From Dehalococcoidia bacterium (lineage in GTDB: Bacteria > Chloroflexota > Dehalococcoidia > DSTF01 > WHTK01): a stretch of 64,000 bases of DNA. Below the pieces are notes generated by a model that saw only the letters and a list, made by a program, of their open reading frames with translations, did no database searches and was not told the origin of the DNA. A program made the translations under genes and the position numbers. The DNA lies in contig CBDDBP010000006.1 in the NCBI GenBank assembly GCA_965225815.1, forward strand, positions 2,956 to 66,955, in the 5' to 3' direction. This document shows positions 17,380 to 25,763 of the stretch, one piece after another (the stretch's first letter is position 1; every line of letters starts with the position of its first letter).

Positions 17380-18309
17380 ATGAAGGTTGGGTTTATTGGG
17401 CTGGGGACGATGGGCGGAGGGATGTCGATGAACATCCGACACGCCGAGCACGACATGACGGTGTTCGACATCAACAAGGACGCGGCGAAGCGTCAATTGG
17501 ACGCGGGCTGCGATTGGGCGGACTCACCGAGAGTCGTGGCGGAGGCGTCGGAGATCGTGTTCACGTCGTTGCCGGGACCGCCGGAGGTTGAGGCGGTCGC
17601 GCTGGGGCCGGGCGGGCTGCTCGAGGGGATGAAGCCGGGGTCGGTGTGGTGCGACCTGTCGACGAACTCGCCGACGCTGATGCGGCGATTGCACGGCATC
17701 TTCGCCGAGAAGGGGATCCACGTTTTCGATACGCCGGTGAGCGGTGGTCCGGTGGGCGCAAACTCGGGTCGTCTGGCGATCTGGGTCGGCGGTGATGAGG
17801 ACGTGTTCAACGAGCACAAGCACGTGCTGGACGCGATGGGCGACCAGGTGAAGTACATTGGGCCGATCGGCGCGGGATCGATCGCGAAGCTGGTGCACAA
17901 CTGCGCCGGATACGCGGTTCAGGCGGCGCTGGCGGAGGTGTTCACGATGGGCGTGAAGGCCGGCGTGGAGCCCCTATCGCTGTGGGACGCGATCCGGCAG
18001 GGCGCCGGCGGGCGACGCCGCACCTTCGACAGCCTTTCGGGCCCATTCATGCAGAACAAGTTCGACCCGCCTTCTTTCCAGCTGCGACTGGCGCATAAGG
18101 ACGTGAAGCTGGCGACCGAGCTGGCGAAAGAGGTGGGCGTGCCGATGCGTCTGTCGAACATGGCGCTTGAAGAGATGACGGAGGCGATGAACCGGGGCTG
18201 GGGCGGCCGCGATTCACGGGTGGCGATGGTGCTGCAGAAGGAGCGCGCCGGCGTGGAAATCGAGGTCTCGGAGGAAGCGATTCAGGCGCTACTGGCGGAG
18301 AATCCTTAA
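17380..18309 (+). CDS. NAD(P)-dependent 3-hydroxyisobutyrate/6-phosphogluconate dehydrogenase-like oxidoreductase
   Basis: MKVGFIGLGTMGGGMS Rossmann motif. 309 aa. Confidence 0.9.
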   Translation: MKVGFIGLGTMGGGMSMNIRHAEHDMTVFDINKDAAKRQLDAGCDWADSPRVVAEASEIVFTSLPGPPEVEAVALGPGGLLEGMKPGSVWCDLSTNSPTLMRRLHGIFAEKGIHVFDTPVSGGPVGANSGRLAIWVGGDEDVFNEHKHVLDAMGDQVKYIGPIGAGSIAKLVHNCAGYAVQAALAEVFTMGVKAGVEPLSLWDAIRQGAGGRRRTFDSLSGPFMQNKFDPPSFQLRLAHKDVKLATELAKEVGVPMRLSNMALEEMTEAMNRGWGGRDSRVAMVLQKERAGVEIEVSEEAIQALLAENP

Positions 18310-18575
18310 AGCCGGGGCTGGATAACTAAAGCCGGGGCTCTGCCCCGAGACCCCACTAAAAGGCGGCGCCAGGGGCGTTTGGCGTGGCTGGATAAGTAAA
18401 GCCGGGGCTCTGCCCCGAGACCCGACTGAAGGCGGCGTTTAAGGCGTCGGGCGTAGCTGGATAAGTAAAGCCGGGGCTCTGCCCCGTGACCCCACTGAAG
18501 GCGGCGTCTAAGGTGTCGGGCGTAGCTGGATAAGTAAAGCCGGGGCTTGGCCTCGAGAACCTGAGGTGAGCGACG
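18307..18575 (+). repeat. Tandem repeat, 69-70 bp period, about 3.5 units of an a-type hairpin element
   Basis: taaagccgggg starts at 18307, 18327, 18397, 18466 and 18535. The first TAA is the stop codon of the upstream gene. Confidence 0.9.
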
Positions 18576-18777
18576 AAGAGATGGCGAAGCGGCGGAAGCG
18601 GCCACGGGAGTTTGGAGCGACGAACGTGAGGGGGATCCTCGGCGTCTATCAGCAGACGGCGCGGGCCGGTGCACCTCGGCGCCAATATGGAGTAGATAAG
18701 AGGTAGACAGAGCTCAGGCAGAGGTTTAGGGCGATTGGTGGACTGCGTTGAGGTGCGGATAGAAGACGAGGCGCTGC

Positions 18778-18803
18778 GGACCGAGCTGAAGCTCCGTCCC
18801 TAC
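18778..18803 (-). repeat. REP copy 6 (variant)
   Basis: ggaccgagctgaagctccgtcc+ctac. The two changes are compensatory and keep the stem paired. Confidence 0.75.
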
Positions 18804-18847
18804 GAGGTGCTCGTCTTTGTTCGCTTGAATCCTGACGGGAGAGAATC

Positions 18848-19813
18848 ATGACGATTGCAGGCAAGCAAGTGATCGCACTTGAGGAGCACTACTACGACGC
18901 AGCGCTGGTCGAGACGTATTCGATCGTCCTTGGCGGCGGCGGTGAGTCGGAGGTGCGAAAGCGACTGGATGACGTAGGTGAGCTGCGGCTGCGGGAGATG
19001 GACGAGGCGGGGATCGACGTGCAGGTGTTGTCGCACGGCGCGCCATCGACGCAGCGACTGTCGGGCGACGAAGCGGTGACGATGGCGCACGGCGTGAACG
19101 ACCGGCTGGCGGCGCTAGTGGCGGCCCATCCAACGCGATTCGCGGGCTTCGCGGCGCTGCCGACGGCTGAACCGGCGGCGGCGGCGGACGAGCTGGAGCG
19201 CAGCGTGACGCAGCTGGGCTTCAAAGGTGCGATGGTGCATGGCTTGACGAACGGTGTGTTCTTCGACGACGAGCGATTCTGGCCGATTCTGGAACGAGCG
19301 GAGTCGTTAGATGTCCCGATCTACCTGCACCCGGCGGTACCGGAGCGGACGGTGGTTGATACGTACTATCGCGACTACCTGTCGAAGTATCCGGGACTGC
19401 TGACGGCGGCGTGGGGTTTCACGGTGGAGACGGCGACGCAGGCGGTGCGGATGACGCTGAGCGGCGCGTTCGAGCGGTTCCCGAACCTGAAGCTGATCAT
19501 CGGACACATGGGCGAGGGCCTGCCGTTCTTGCTGTGGCGGATCGACATGGCGCTGCGACGTCCGGGTAACGCGCCGATCGATTTTCGGGAGCAGTTCTCA
19601 GAGCACTTCTGGATCACGACGAGCGGTAACTTTTCGACGCCAGCGCTGGTATGCAGCATGCTCGAGCTGGGGATCGACCGGATCCTGTACTCGGTGGACT
19701 ATCCGTATGTGGAGAACCCGCCGGGGACGGAGTGGATGGAGTCTTTGCAGATCTCTTCGGAGGACCGGGAGAAGATGCTGAGCGGGAACGCGAAGCGACT
19801 GCTCAAGATGTAA
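18848..19813 (+). CDS. Amidohydrolase_2 family non-oxidative decarboxylase (LigW/gamma-resorcylate decarboxylase-like)
   Basis: Sequence VIALEEHYY...IIGHMGEGLPF...YSVDYPYV. Confidence 0.85.
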   Translation: MTIAGKQVIALEEHYYDAALVETYSIVLGGGGESEVRKRLDDVGELRLREMDEAGIDVQVLSHGAPSTQRLSGDEAVTMAHGVNDRLAALVAAHPTRFAGFAALPTAEPAAAADELERSVTQLGFKGAMVHGLTNGVFFDDERFWPILERAESLDVPIYLHPAVPERTVVDTYYRDYLSKYPGLLTAAWGFTVETATQAVRMTLSGAFERFPNLKLIIGHMGEGLPFLLWRIDMALRRPGNAPIDFREQFSEHFWITTSGNFSTPALVCSMLELGIDRILYSVDYPYVENPPGTEWMESLQISSEDREKMLSGNAKRLLKM

Positions 19814-19908
19814 CAGCCTTTTCGAGTGAACGACGGCATCTTGCGGTGGACGTTGCGGGTCTGTGAAGGAAGACAGGGGCGCGGCGTGTGGCCCTTTCAC
19901 GTGGCGGG

Positions 19909-20766
19909 CTAGGGGAGGGGGGCGATGACGACGTTGCAGCGGCTGGCGGTTGGGCCGCAGATGATTTCGAAGGCGGCGCGGGAGACGTCGAGATGGTTTC
20001 CGACGCAGCCAGGGCAGGAGTCCTGGCGGACGCCGATGATGCAGCTCGTGACGATACCGGTGGCGGCGTCGATGCCGCAAACGCCGAGCTGGGTGCCGCA
20101 AGGCCAGTCCTCGTAGCGGTCCGGGCTGACGGCGATGATCGTGACGTTTTCGGGGTCGTAAACACCGTAGCCGTTGCAGCCCAAAGGTAGGCCTTCGAAG
20201 AAGTCGGCGTAGTACGTCACTTCGCCGAAGAGAAGGCCGGGGTCGATAGGCACCGGAGTTGGGGAGAGGGTCGGCGTTGGCGGTACGGGAGTGGGGGGAA
20301 TTGGTGTGGCTGTTGGCGGGACCAGCGTTGGCGTCGGCTGTGGCGGCGTGGGAGTAGGGGGTACGGGCGTGGAGGTTGGTGGAACCGAGGTTGGTGTCGG
20401 CGGTACGGGTGTTGGCGGCGGTTGGGTCGGTGTCGGGGGCAACGGAGTCGCGGTCGGCGGTTCGACGGCGGCGTTGAGCGATTGGGGTGTTTCGGTGGAT
20501 TCGAGGGTTGGCGTCGGCGTAGGCTCCGCGGTGGCGGTGGTAGTGGGCGATGCGGTAGCTGAGGGCGTGGCGGTGACATCCGCGAGGGCGCGGTTCTGCT
20601 GAGAGCGAGCGCCGACGAGGGAGCTGCCGACTACATCAGCCGAAACGCTCTGGGGCGAATCCGACGGGCCATCGCCCGGCAAGGCGAAACTGGCCGCCAT
20701 GTAGCCAGCGGTAGACATCGCCGTGAAGGCGATGAGGGCGAGGAGGAGGGCCTTGGGCAGGGTCAC
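19909..20766 (-). CDS. Secreted protein with Pro/Thr-rich linker and RlpA-like double-psi beta-barrel C-domain
   Basis: N-terminal TM/signal segment, then a PT-rich linker of about 100 aa (PTPTQPPPTPVPPTPT...), then a Cys-rich C-domain YYADFFEGLPLGCNGYG...HLDVSRAAF. Confidence 0.65.
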   Translation of the reverse strand: MTLPKALLLALIAFTAMSTAGYMAASFALPGDGPSDSPQSVSADVVGSSLVGARSQQNRALADVTATPSATASPTTTATAEPTPTPTLESTETPQSLNAAVEPPTATPLPPTPTQPPPTPVPPTPTSVPPTSTPVPPTPTPPQPTPTLVPPTATPIPPTPVPPTPTLSPTPVPIDPGLLFGEVTYYADFFEGLPLGCNGYGVYDPENVTIIAVSPDRYEDWPCGTQLGVCGIDAATGIVTSCIIGVRQDSCPGCVGNHLDVSRAAFEIICGPTASRCNVVIAPLP

Positions 20767-20851
20767 CGGAGGCCTCGTTTACGTAACGGCACGACAGACA
20801 TGATAGCAAGCCTGGCCAGCCCTCTATACTGGGCGTCGTCAGGAGGAGCCC

Positions 20852-21388
20852 ATGACTGCGAACTGGAACGACGTGCCGGCAGCGATGCCGAAGGACCCGG
20901 ATTATGCGATGCCGCCGCGGGACGACGGCCGCCAGGGGCCGTATTTCATGGCTGAGGTGACGCTACAGGAAGACCATCTCAAGACGGGAACCGTGGGTGG
21001 TTTCGCGGTGCGTTGTGACGAAGGCGCGCGGTTGGGCGGCACGGACACGGCGCCGTCGCCCCTCAGCTACTTCACGATCGCCGTCGGGTTTTGACTGGCG
21101 ACGCAGCTCGTGCAGGTTGCACGGGGTCTAAAAATCGAATTTCGCAACGTGAATATCAAGGTTCACGGTCTGTTCTCTCGGGAAGGCTCCGTCTTGGGCG
21201 GCGACATTGAGTCCTTCGCGGATTCGCTCACGACGGAGCTGTCGTTGGACAGTGACGAGCCGCCGGAGCGAGTGACGCAGTTGGTGAAGCTGGCCGAGGC
21301 GAGCTGCTACACGATGGCGGCGCTTCGCAAGCCGACGCCGGTAGAGCTGCAGGTTACGGTGAACGGCGAGCGCTTCGAACTGGAGTAG
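20852..21388 (+). CDS. OsmC/Ohr-family peroxiredoxin-like protein with in-frame UGA (candidate selenoprotein)
   Basis: ORFs 20852..21094 and 21110..21388 share a frame. The TGA at 21092-21094 occupies the first conserved Cys position (SPLSYFTIAVGF-U-LATQLV). The second conserved Cys is present (AEASCYTMAAL). Confidence 0.7.
21107..21125 (+). promoter_or_regulatory. SECIS-like stem-loop
   Basis: CUCGUGCA-GGU-UGCACGGG has an 8-bp stem including one G-U pair. It starts 15 nt after the UGA and has a GGU apex. Confidence 0.5.
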
Positions 21389-21416
21389 CGGGCCTAACCC
21401 TAGAGGGAGCCACGGG

Positions 21417-22199
21417 ATGATCTGGTGCCGATTTGAGATTGATGGCGCGGCGCGATACGGGATCCTGGAGGGCGAGACGGTTGCGGAGGTGGATGGCAGT
21501 CCGTTCGGCGAATACAAGCTGACGGGACGCCGTCACGACCTGGCGTCCATCAAGCTGATGGTTCCGGTGGTGCCTTCGACGTTCTACTGCGCCGGGATTA
21601 ACTATCGCGATCACGTTCGAAGGATGGCGGCGATGCGCGGCGTGGAGCCGGTGTTTCCGAGCCAGGCAGACATCGGCTATCGGGCGAACAACGCCCTGAT
21701 CGCGCACGGCGAGACGATTGTCATTCCGAAGGACGCGTCGGAGCAGGTGCAGTACGAAGGTGAGCTGGTGGCCGTCTTCGGCAAGACGGTGCGCAACGTA
21801 TCGCAGGAAGAGGCGCTGGACTGCGTCATGGGCTGGACGATCGGCAACGACGTCAGCGAGCGGGTCTGGCAGGCGAACGACCGCACCTTCTGGCGCAGCA
21901 AGAACACGGACACGTTCAAGCCGATGGGGCCGTGGATCGTGACGGACGTCGAGCTGGAGGGAATGCGGACACAGGTGAGGATCAATGACCGGCTGGTCGA
22001 GGACTTCGACACCAGCGACATGATCTTTTCGGCGGCCTTGTTCATTTCCGAGGTGTCGAAGTACAACACGATTTATCCCGGCGACGTGATGTGGCTGGGG
22101 ACAGACGGGGTGCCGGAGAACATCAAGCACGGCGATATGGTGAGCATCGAGATTACGGGCATCGGGACGCTGAGCAACCCGGTGGTGCGCGAAGGCTAG
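21417..22199 (+). CDS. Fumarylacetoacetate hydrolase (FAH) family protein
   Basis: Motifs FYCAGINYRDH, YEGELVAVFGK and GDVMWLGTDG. Confidence 0.9.
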   Translation: MIWCRFEIDGAARYGILEGETVAEVDGSPFGEYKLTGRRHDLASIKLMVPVVPSTFYCAGINYRDHVRRMAAMRGVEPVFPSQADIGYRANNALIAHGETIVIPKDASEQVQYEGELVAVFGKTVRNVSQEEALDCVMGWTIGNDVSERVWQANDRTFWRSKNTDTFKPMGPWIVTDVELEGMRTQVRINDRLVEDFDTSDMIFSAALFISEVSKYNTIYPGDVMWLGTDGVPENIKHGDMVSIEITGIGTLSNPVVREG

Positions 22200-22231
22200 A
22201 TATCGTTTTCGAAGACTAAGAGGGGTTTGGC

Positions 22232-23188
22232 ATGAAAGCAGCGAGGCTTGTAGGCCCACGGCAGTTCGAGTTTCAGGACGCGGCGATGCCGTCGATCAAG
22301 GACGGCGAGGTGCTGGTGCGGATGAAGCATCTATCCGTGTGCGGCAGCGACCTGCGGACGTATGACCGCACACTGCCGGAGGAGGACTATCCGCTGGCGG
22401 TGGGGGCGCCGTGCCACGAGTGCGTGGGCGAGATCGTGGAGAGCCACGACCCGAGGTTCCGTCCAGGAGAGACGGTGATCGCGCTGGCGGGCGGCCTGCT
22501 GGAGTACGCGGCGGTGCCGGTACACGAGATCGTCAAGCTGAAGGACGGCGTTGACCCGGCGCTGGCGGTGCTGTGCCAGCCGGCGGGGACGGTGCTGTAT
22601 TCGTGCCAGCAGATCGGGACGATCCTGGGGCAGCGAGTCGTCGTCATCGGGCAAGGGCCAATCGGGCTGAACTTCACGGACCTTCTGGTGCGCGGTGGCG
22701 CGTTGCAGGTGATCGTGGCGGACCGGCACGACTATCGCCTGGAGCACTCGAAGCGGCTGGGCGCGACGCACACGATCAACGTGACGAAGGAGGACCTGCT
22801 GGAGCGAGTGCGCGAGATCACGGGCGGCGAGTTGGCCGACATCGCGGTTGAGGCTTGCGGCCGGCCGGAGGCGTTCAACCAGATGTTCCAGTCGCTGCGG
22901 ATGAGTGGCACGGCGATCCTGTTCGGCATGCAGCACGACTTCGAGGGGCCGCTGCCACTGGACTGGGAGCGCATGTACGAACGAACTCCGCGCATGATCA
23001 CGACGAGCAGCGCGCGTTCCGGCGAACGAGCGAAGACGGTGGCCGCCGTGGTCGAGCTGGTGTCGCGGGGACAGATGGACTTGTCTTATCAGGCGACGCA
23101 CCGCCTGGGGTTCGACGACGTGAGCAAGGCTTTCGAGATGTACAGCGGGAAGGTCGACAACTCGTTGAAGATCATCATGGACCTCTAG
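22232..23188 (+). CDS. Zn-dependent medium-chain alcohol dehydrogenase
   Basis: Motifs SVCGSDLRTY and GAPCHECVGE, plus the NAD motif VVVIGQGPIG. Confidence 0.9.
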   Translation: MKAARLVGPRQFEFQDAAMPSIKDGEVLVRMKHLSVCGSDLRTYDRTLPEEDYPLAVGAPCHECVGEIVESHDPRFRPGETVIALAGGLLEYAAVPVHEIVKLKDGVDPALAVLCQPAGTVLYSCQQIGTILGQRVVVIGQGPIGLNFTDLLVRGGALQVIVADRHDYRLEHSKRLGATHTINVTKEDLLERVREITGGELADIAVEACGRPEAFNQMFQSLRMSGTAILFGMQHDFEGPLPLDWERMYERTPRMITTSSARSGERAKTVAAVVELVSRGQMDLSYQATHRLGFDDVSKAFEMYSGKVDNSLKIIMDL

Positions 23189-23231
23189 ACGGTCCACATG
23201 CTGTAGCCCCGCGAAGAGGCAGGAGGTTCAC

Positions 23232-24218
23232 ATGGCGGCCAAAGAGAAAGTTACGAGTCGATTCCAGAAATCGCTGAAGGACAAAAAGCTGCTGCTGATG
23301 CCGGGCGGTTTTAGCCCGATCGCGGCGCGCATGGTGCAGGAAGCCGGGTTGGAGTCGTTCTTCCTGGCGGGCTCGCAGACAGCGGCGTACGTGTACGGGC
23401 TGCCGGACGTCGGTTTCATGGGCCGCGAGGAGATGGCGCAGGTGGCGCAGCGCGTGACGGCGGCGTGCGACATCCCGATCTTCGTCGACTCCGACACGGG
23501 CTACGGGAACGCGCTGAACGTGTATCACGCGGTTCAGGGCTACATACGGGTCGGCGCGGCCGGGCTACACATTGAGGACCAGGAGTTTCCGAAGCGGTCC
23601 GGCACGGGCGCGGGGCGAAAGTGCATTTCGCAAGCCGAGGCGATCGGGAAATACAAGGCGGCGATGGCGGCGAAGGTGGAGCTAGACGCCGACTTCGTGA
23701 TCTGCGCGCGCTGCGACTTGATCGGCGCCGAAAACGGGTCGTTCGAGGAGTCGGTTGAGCGCTGCATCGCTTACGTCGAGGAGGCGCACGTCGACCTGAT
23801 CTGGCTGAACAACGTGCAGACGATCGAAGAGGTGCGAATCGCGGCAGAAAAGATACCGGGTGCGGTGATCCCGCACTTCGGCGGGCCACCACCGGCGCCG
23901 ACGCTGCAGCAACTGGAGGACATGGGCGTGGCGGCCTGCATATTCCCGGGCATGACGTCTTCGATGGGCCTGCAAGCGACGTGGGACCTGCTGAACGAGC
24001 TGAAGCGGCGCGGCCAGGCGGCGCTGGACGACCGACCAGCACCGACGCAGAGCAAGTGGGGCCGGGTGCGCTTCGATACGTTCGCGGCGTTCAGTCATGA
24101 CGACATAACGCGACTCGAGGGCGAGTTTCTGCCGACGGAGCAGCAGCGAGACTACGACAGCACGTTTGGACACTACGCTCCGCCTTCAAACCGAGGGCTA
24201 GAATGCGGCAACGGATAA
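23232..24218 (+). CDS. Isocitrate lyase/PEP mutase superfamily protein
   Basis: Motifs IPIFVDSDTGYGN and GLHIEDQEFPKRSG. The loop lacks the Cys-His of the K-R-C-G-H signature. Confidence 0.8.
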   Translation: MAAKEKVTSRFQKSLKDKKLLLMPGGFSPIAARMVQEAGLESFFLAGSQTAAYVYGLPDVGFMGREEMAQVAQRVTAACDIPIFVDSDTGYGNALNVYHAVQGYIRVGAAGLHIEDQEFPKRSGTGAGRKCISQAEAIGKYKAAMAAKVELDADFVICARCDLIGAENGSFEESVERCIAYVEEAHVDLIWLNNVQTIEEVRIAAEKIPGAVIPHFGGPPPAPTLQQLEDMGVAACIFPGMTSSMGLQATWDLLNELKRRGQAALDDRPAPTQSKWGRVRFDTFAAFSHDDITRLEGEFLPTEQQRDYDSTFGHYAPPSNRGLECGNG

Positions 24219-24239
24219 GCAAGACAGAGGGAGTAGGCA

Positions 24240-25190
24240 ATGGCTGATGCGATCGGCGAAGGACGCTTCAAGTATGAAACGGAAGAGGGCTGGGGCAAGT
24301 TTCCGGAAGGGTACGAGTTCCCCGACGCTTCCGGCGTAACGGTTGACTCGAAGGACAACGTCTACGTGTTGAACCGGGGGCCACACCCGGTCATCGTCCT
24401 GGACAAGGATGGTAACTTCGTGCGGTCGTGGGGCGAAGGGCAGTTCGACCAGCGGGCGCACGGTATTCACGCCAGCCCGGACGACTTCATCTGGACGGTG
24501 AACGACAACCAGCACTGCATCAAGAAGTACACGCCCGAGGGCGAACTGGTGGTGACGATCGGCATCGAGGGGCAAGAGGCGGAGAAGTGGAGCGGCAAAC
24601 CGTTCAACCTCCCGACCAACATGGCGATCTCGCCGAACACGGGCGACATTTACGTCACGGACGGCTACGGCAACAGCCGGGTGCACCGCTATACGTCTGA
24701 AGGCAAGCACATCGTGTCGTGGGGCGCGCCGGGCGTCGATCCGGGCGAGTTCCAGGTGCCGCACAACGTGGTGATCGACGAGAACGAGGACGTCTTCGTG
24801 ACGGACCGGGAGAACTACCGGCTGCAGGTCTTCGACAGCACCGGCAACCTGAAGGCGATCTGGCAGAACATCTACCGGCCGCAGGCGCTGTGCATGGACA
24901 AGGAGGGGACGATCTACATCGGCGAGCAGCTGATGGAGAACGAGCTGTTCGACTACGGCAAGGTGGGTCACCGGCTGAACGCGTACAGCAAGGACGGCAC
25001 GCGGCTGGCGCACATCGGCGACCCGATGATCGGGGATGGGCCGACGCAGTTCATCGCGCCGCACGGCTTTGGCGTCGACAGTCAGGGCAACCTGTACGTG
25101 GGCGAGGTGTCGTTCACGGTGTACGGCCGGCGCCTGGAGCCGCAGCAAACGTTCCGTTGCTTCCGCAAGCTGCGCCGCTTATCGAGCTAG
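24240..25190 (+). CDS. NHL-repeat six-bladed beta-propeller protein (peptidyl-alpha-hydroxyglycine lyase-like)
   Basis: Repeated units: DNVYVLNRG, GDIYVTDGYGNSRVHRY, EDVFVTDRENYRLQVF, GNLYVGEV. Confidence 0.75.
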   Translation: MADAIGEGRFKYETEEGWGKFPEGYEFPDASGVTVDSKDNVYVLNRGPHPVIVLDKDGNFVRSWGEGQFDQRAHGIHASPDDFIWTVNDNQHCIKKYTPEGELVVTIGIEGQEAEKWSGKPFNLPTNMAISPNTGDIYVTDGYGNSRVHRYTSEGKHIVSWGAPGVDPGEFQVPHNVVIDENEDVFVTDRENYRLQVFDSTGNLKAIWQNIYRPQALCMDKEGTIYIGEQLMENELFDYGKVGHRLNAYSKDGTRLAHIGDPMIGDGPTQFIAPHGFGVDSQGNLYVGEVSFTVYGRRLEPQQTFRCFRKLRRLSS

Positions 25191-25252
25191 GCGGCGCTTC
25201 GCGCCTATAGTGTCCTCGTTAAGCGCCACTGGGCTGAAAGCGAGGGTGAGCT

Positions 25253-25750
25253 GTGCCGATAGAAAAAGGCTGGGAAGGTCGCTTCCTGGAGGACTTTAAG
25301 GTGGGGGCGGTGTACCGCTGCCGCTACGGACGAACCGTGACGGAAGCGGACAATATTCAGTTCACGCTACTGACGAACAATACGAACCAGATCCACTTCA
25401 ATCGCGACTACGGCGAGCGCAGCGGCTTCGGCGGCTGTTTGGTGAATAGCTTGCAGACGATGGCGATCGTGATCGGGATGAGCACGGCGGATGTGAGCGA
25501 GAACGGCGTGGCGCTGGGCTTCGAGGACGTGAAGCTGCCGGCGCCGGTGTTCGCGGGCGATACGTTGTACTCGGAGACCGAGGTCGAGGAAGTGCGCGAG
25601 TCGAAATCGCGGCCGGAACAGGGCATCGTGACGGTGCGGACGCGGGGGTATAACCAGCGCGGCGAGAAGGTGATCGAATTGAGGCGCAGCGTGCTGGTCT
25701 GGAAGCGGGCGCACGCGCCTTCGCTCGACATCTTCCCCGTCGCACCGTAA
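25253..25750 (+). CDS. MaoC-like (R)-specific enoyl-CoA hydratase/dehydratase
   Basis: Hot-dog fold pattern DNIQFTLLTNNTNQIHFN...GDTLYSETEV. GTG start. Confidence 0.8.
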   Translation: MPIEKGWEGRFLEDFKVGAVYRCRYGRTVTEADNIQFTLLTNNTNQIHFNRDYGERSGFGGCLVNSLQTMAIVIGMSTADVSENGVALGFEDVKLPAPVFAGDTLYSETEVEEVRESKSRPEQGIVTVRTRGYNQRGEKVIELRRSVLVWKRAHAPSLDIFPVAP

Positions 25751-25763
25751 GGGGCGTCAGGTC

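Noticed and set aside
18307-18575. Possible CRISPR array (regular 69-70 bp period)
   Set aside because: Almost the whole unit is conserved between copies. Only about 19 nt vary, and those are similar to each other, so there are no unique spacers. No cas genes are present. The repeat is the same hairpin element found dispersed elsewhere.
20852-21388. Alternative genetic code (TGA read as Trp or Gly) as the explanation for the in-frame TGAs
   Set aside because: Many well-supported genes in the window terminate at TGA (e.g. 950-952, 1351-1353, 13107-13109). The two internal TGAs both fall on catalytic Cys positions, which fits Sec recoding better.
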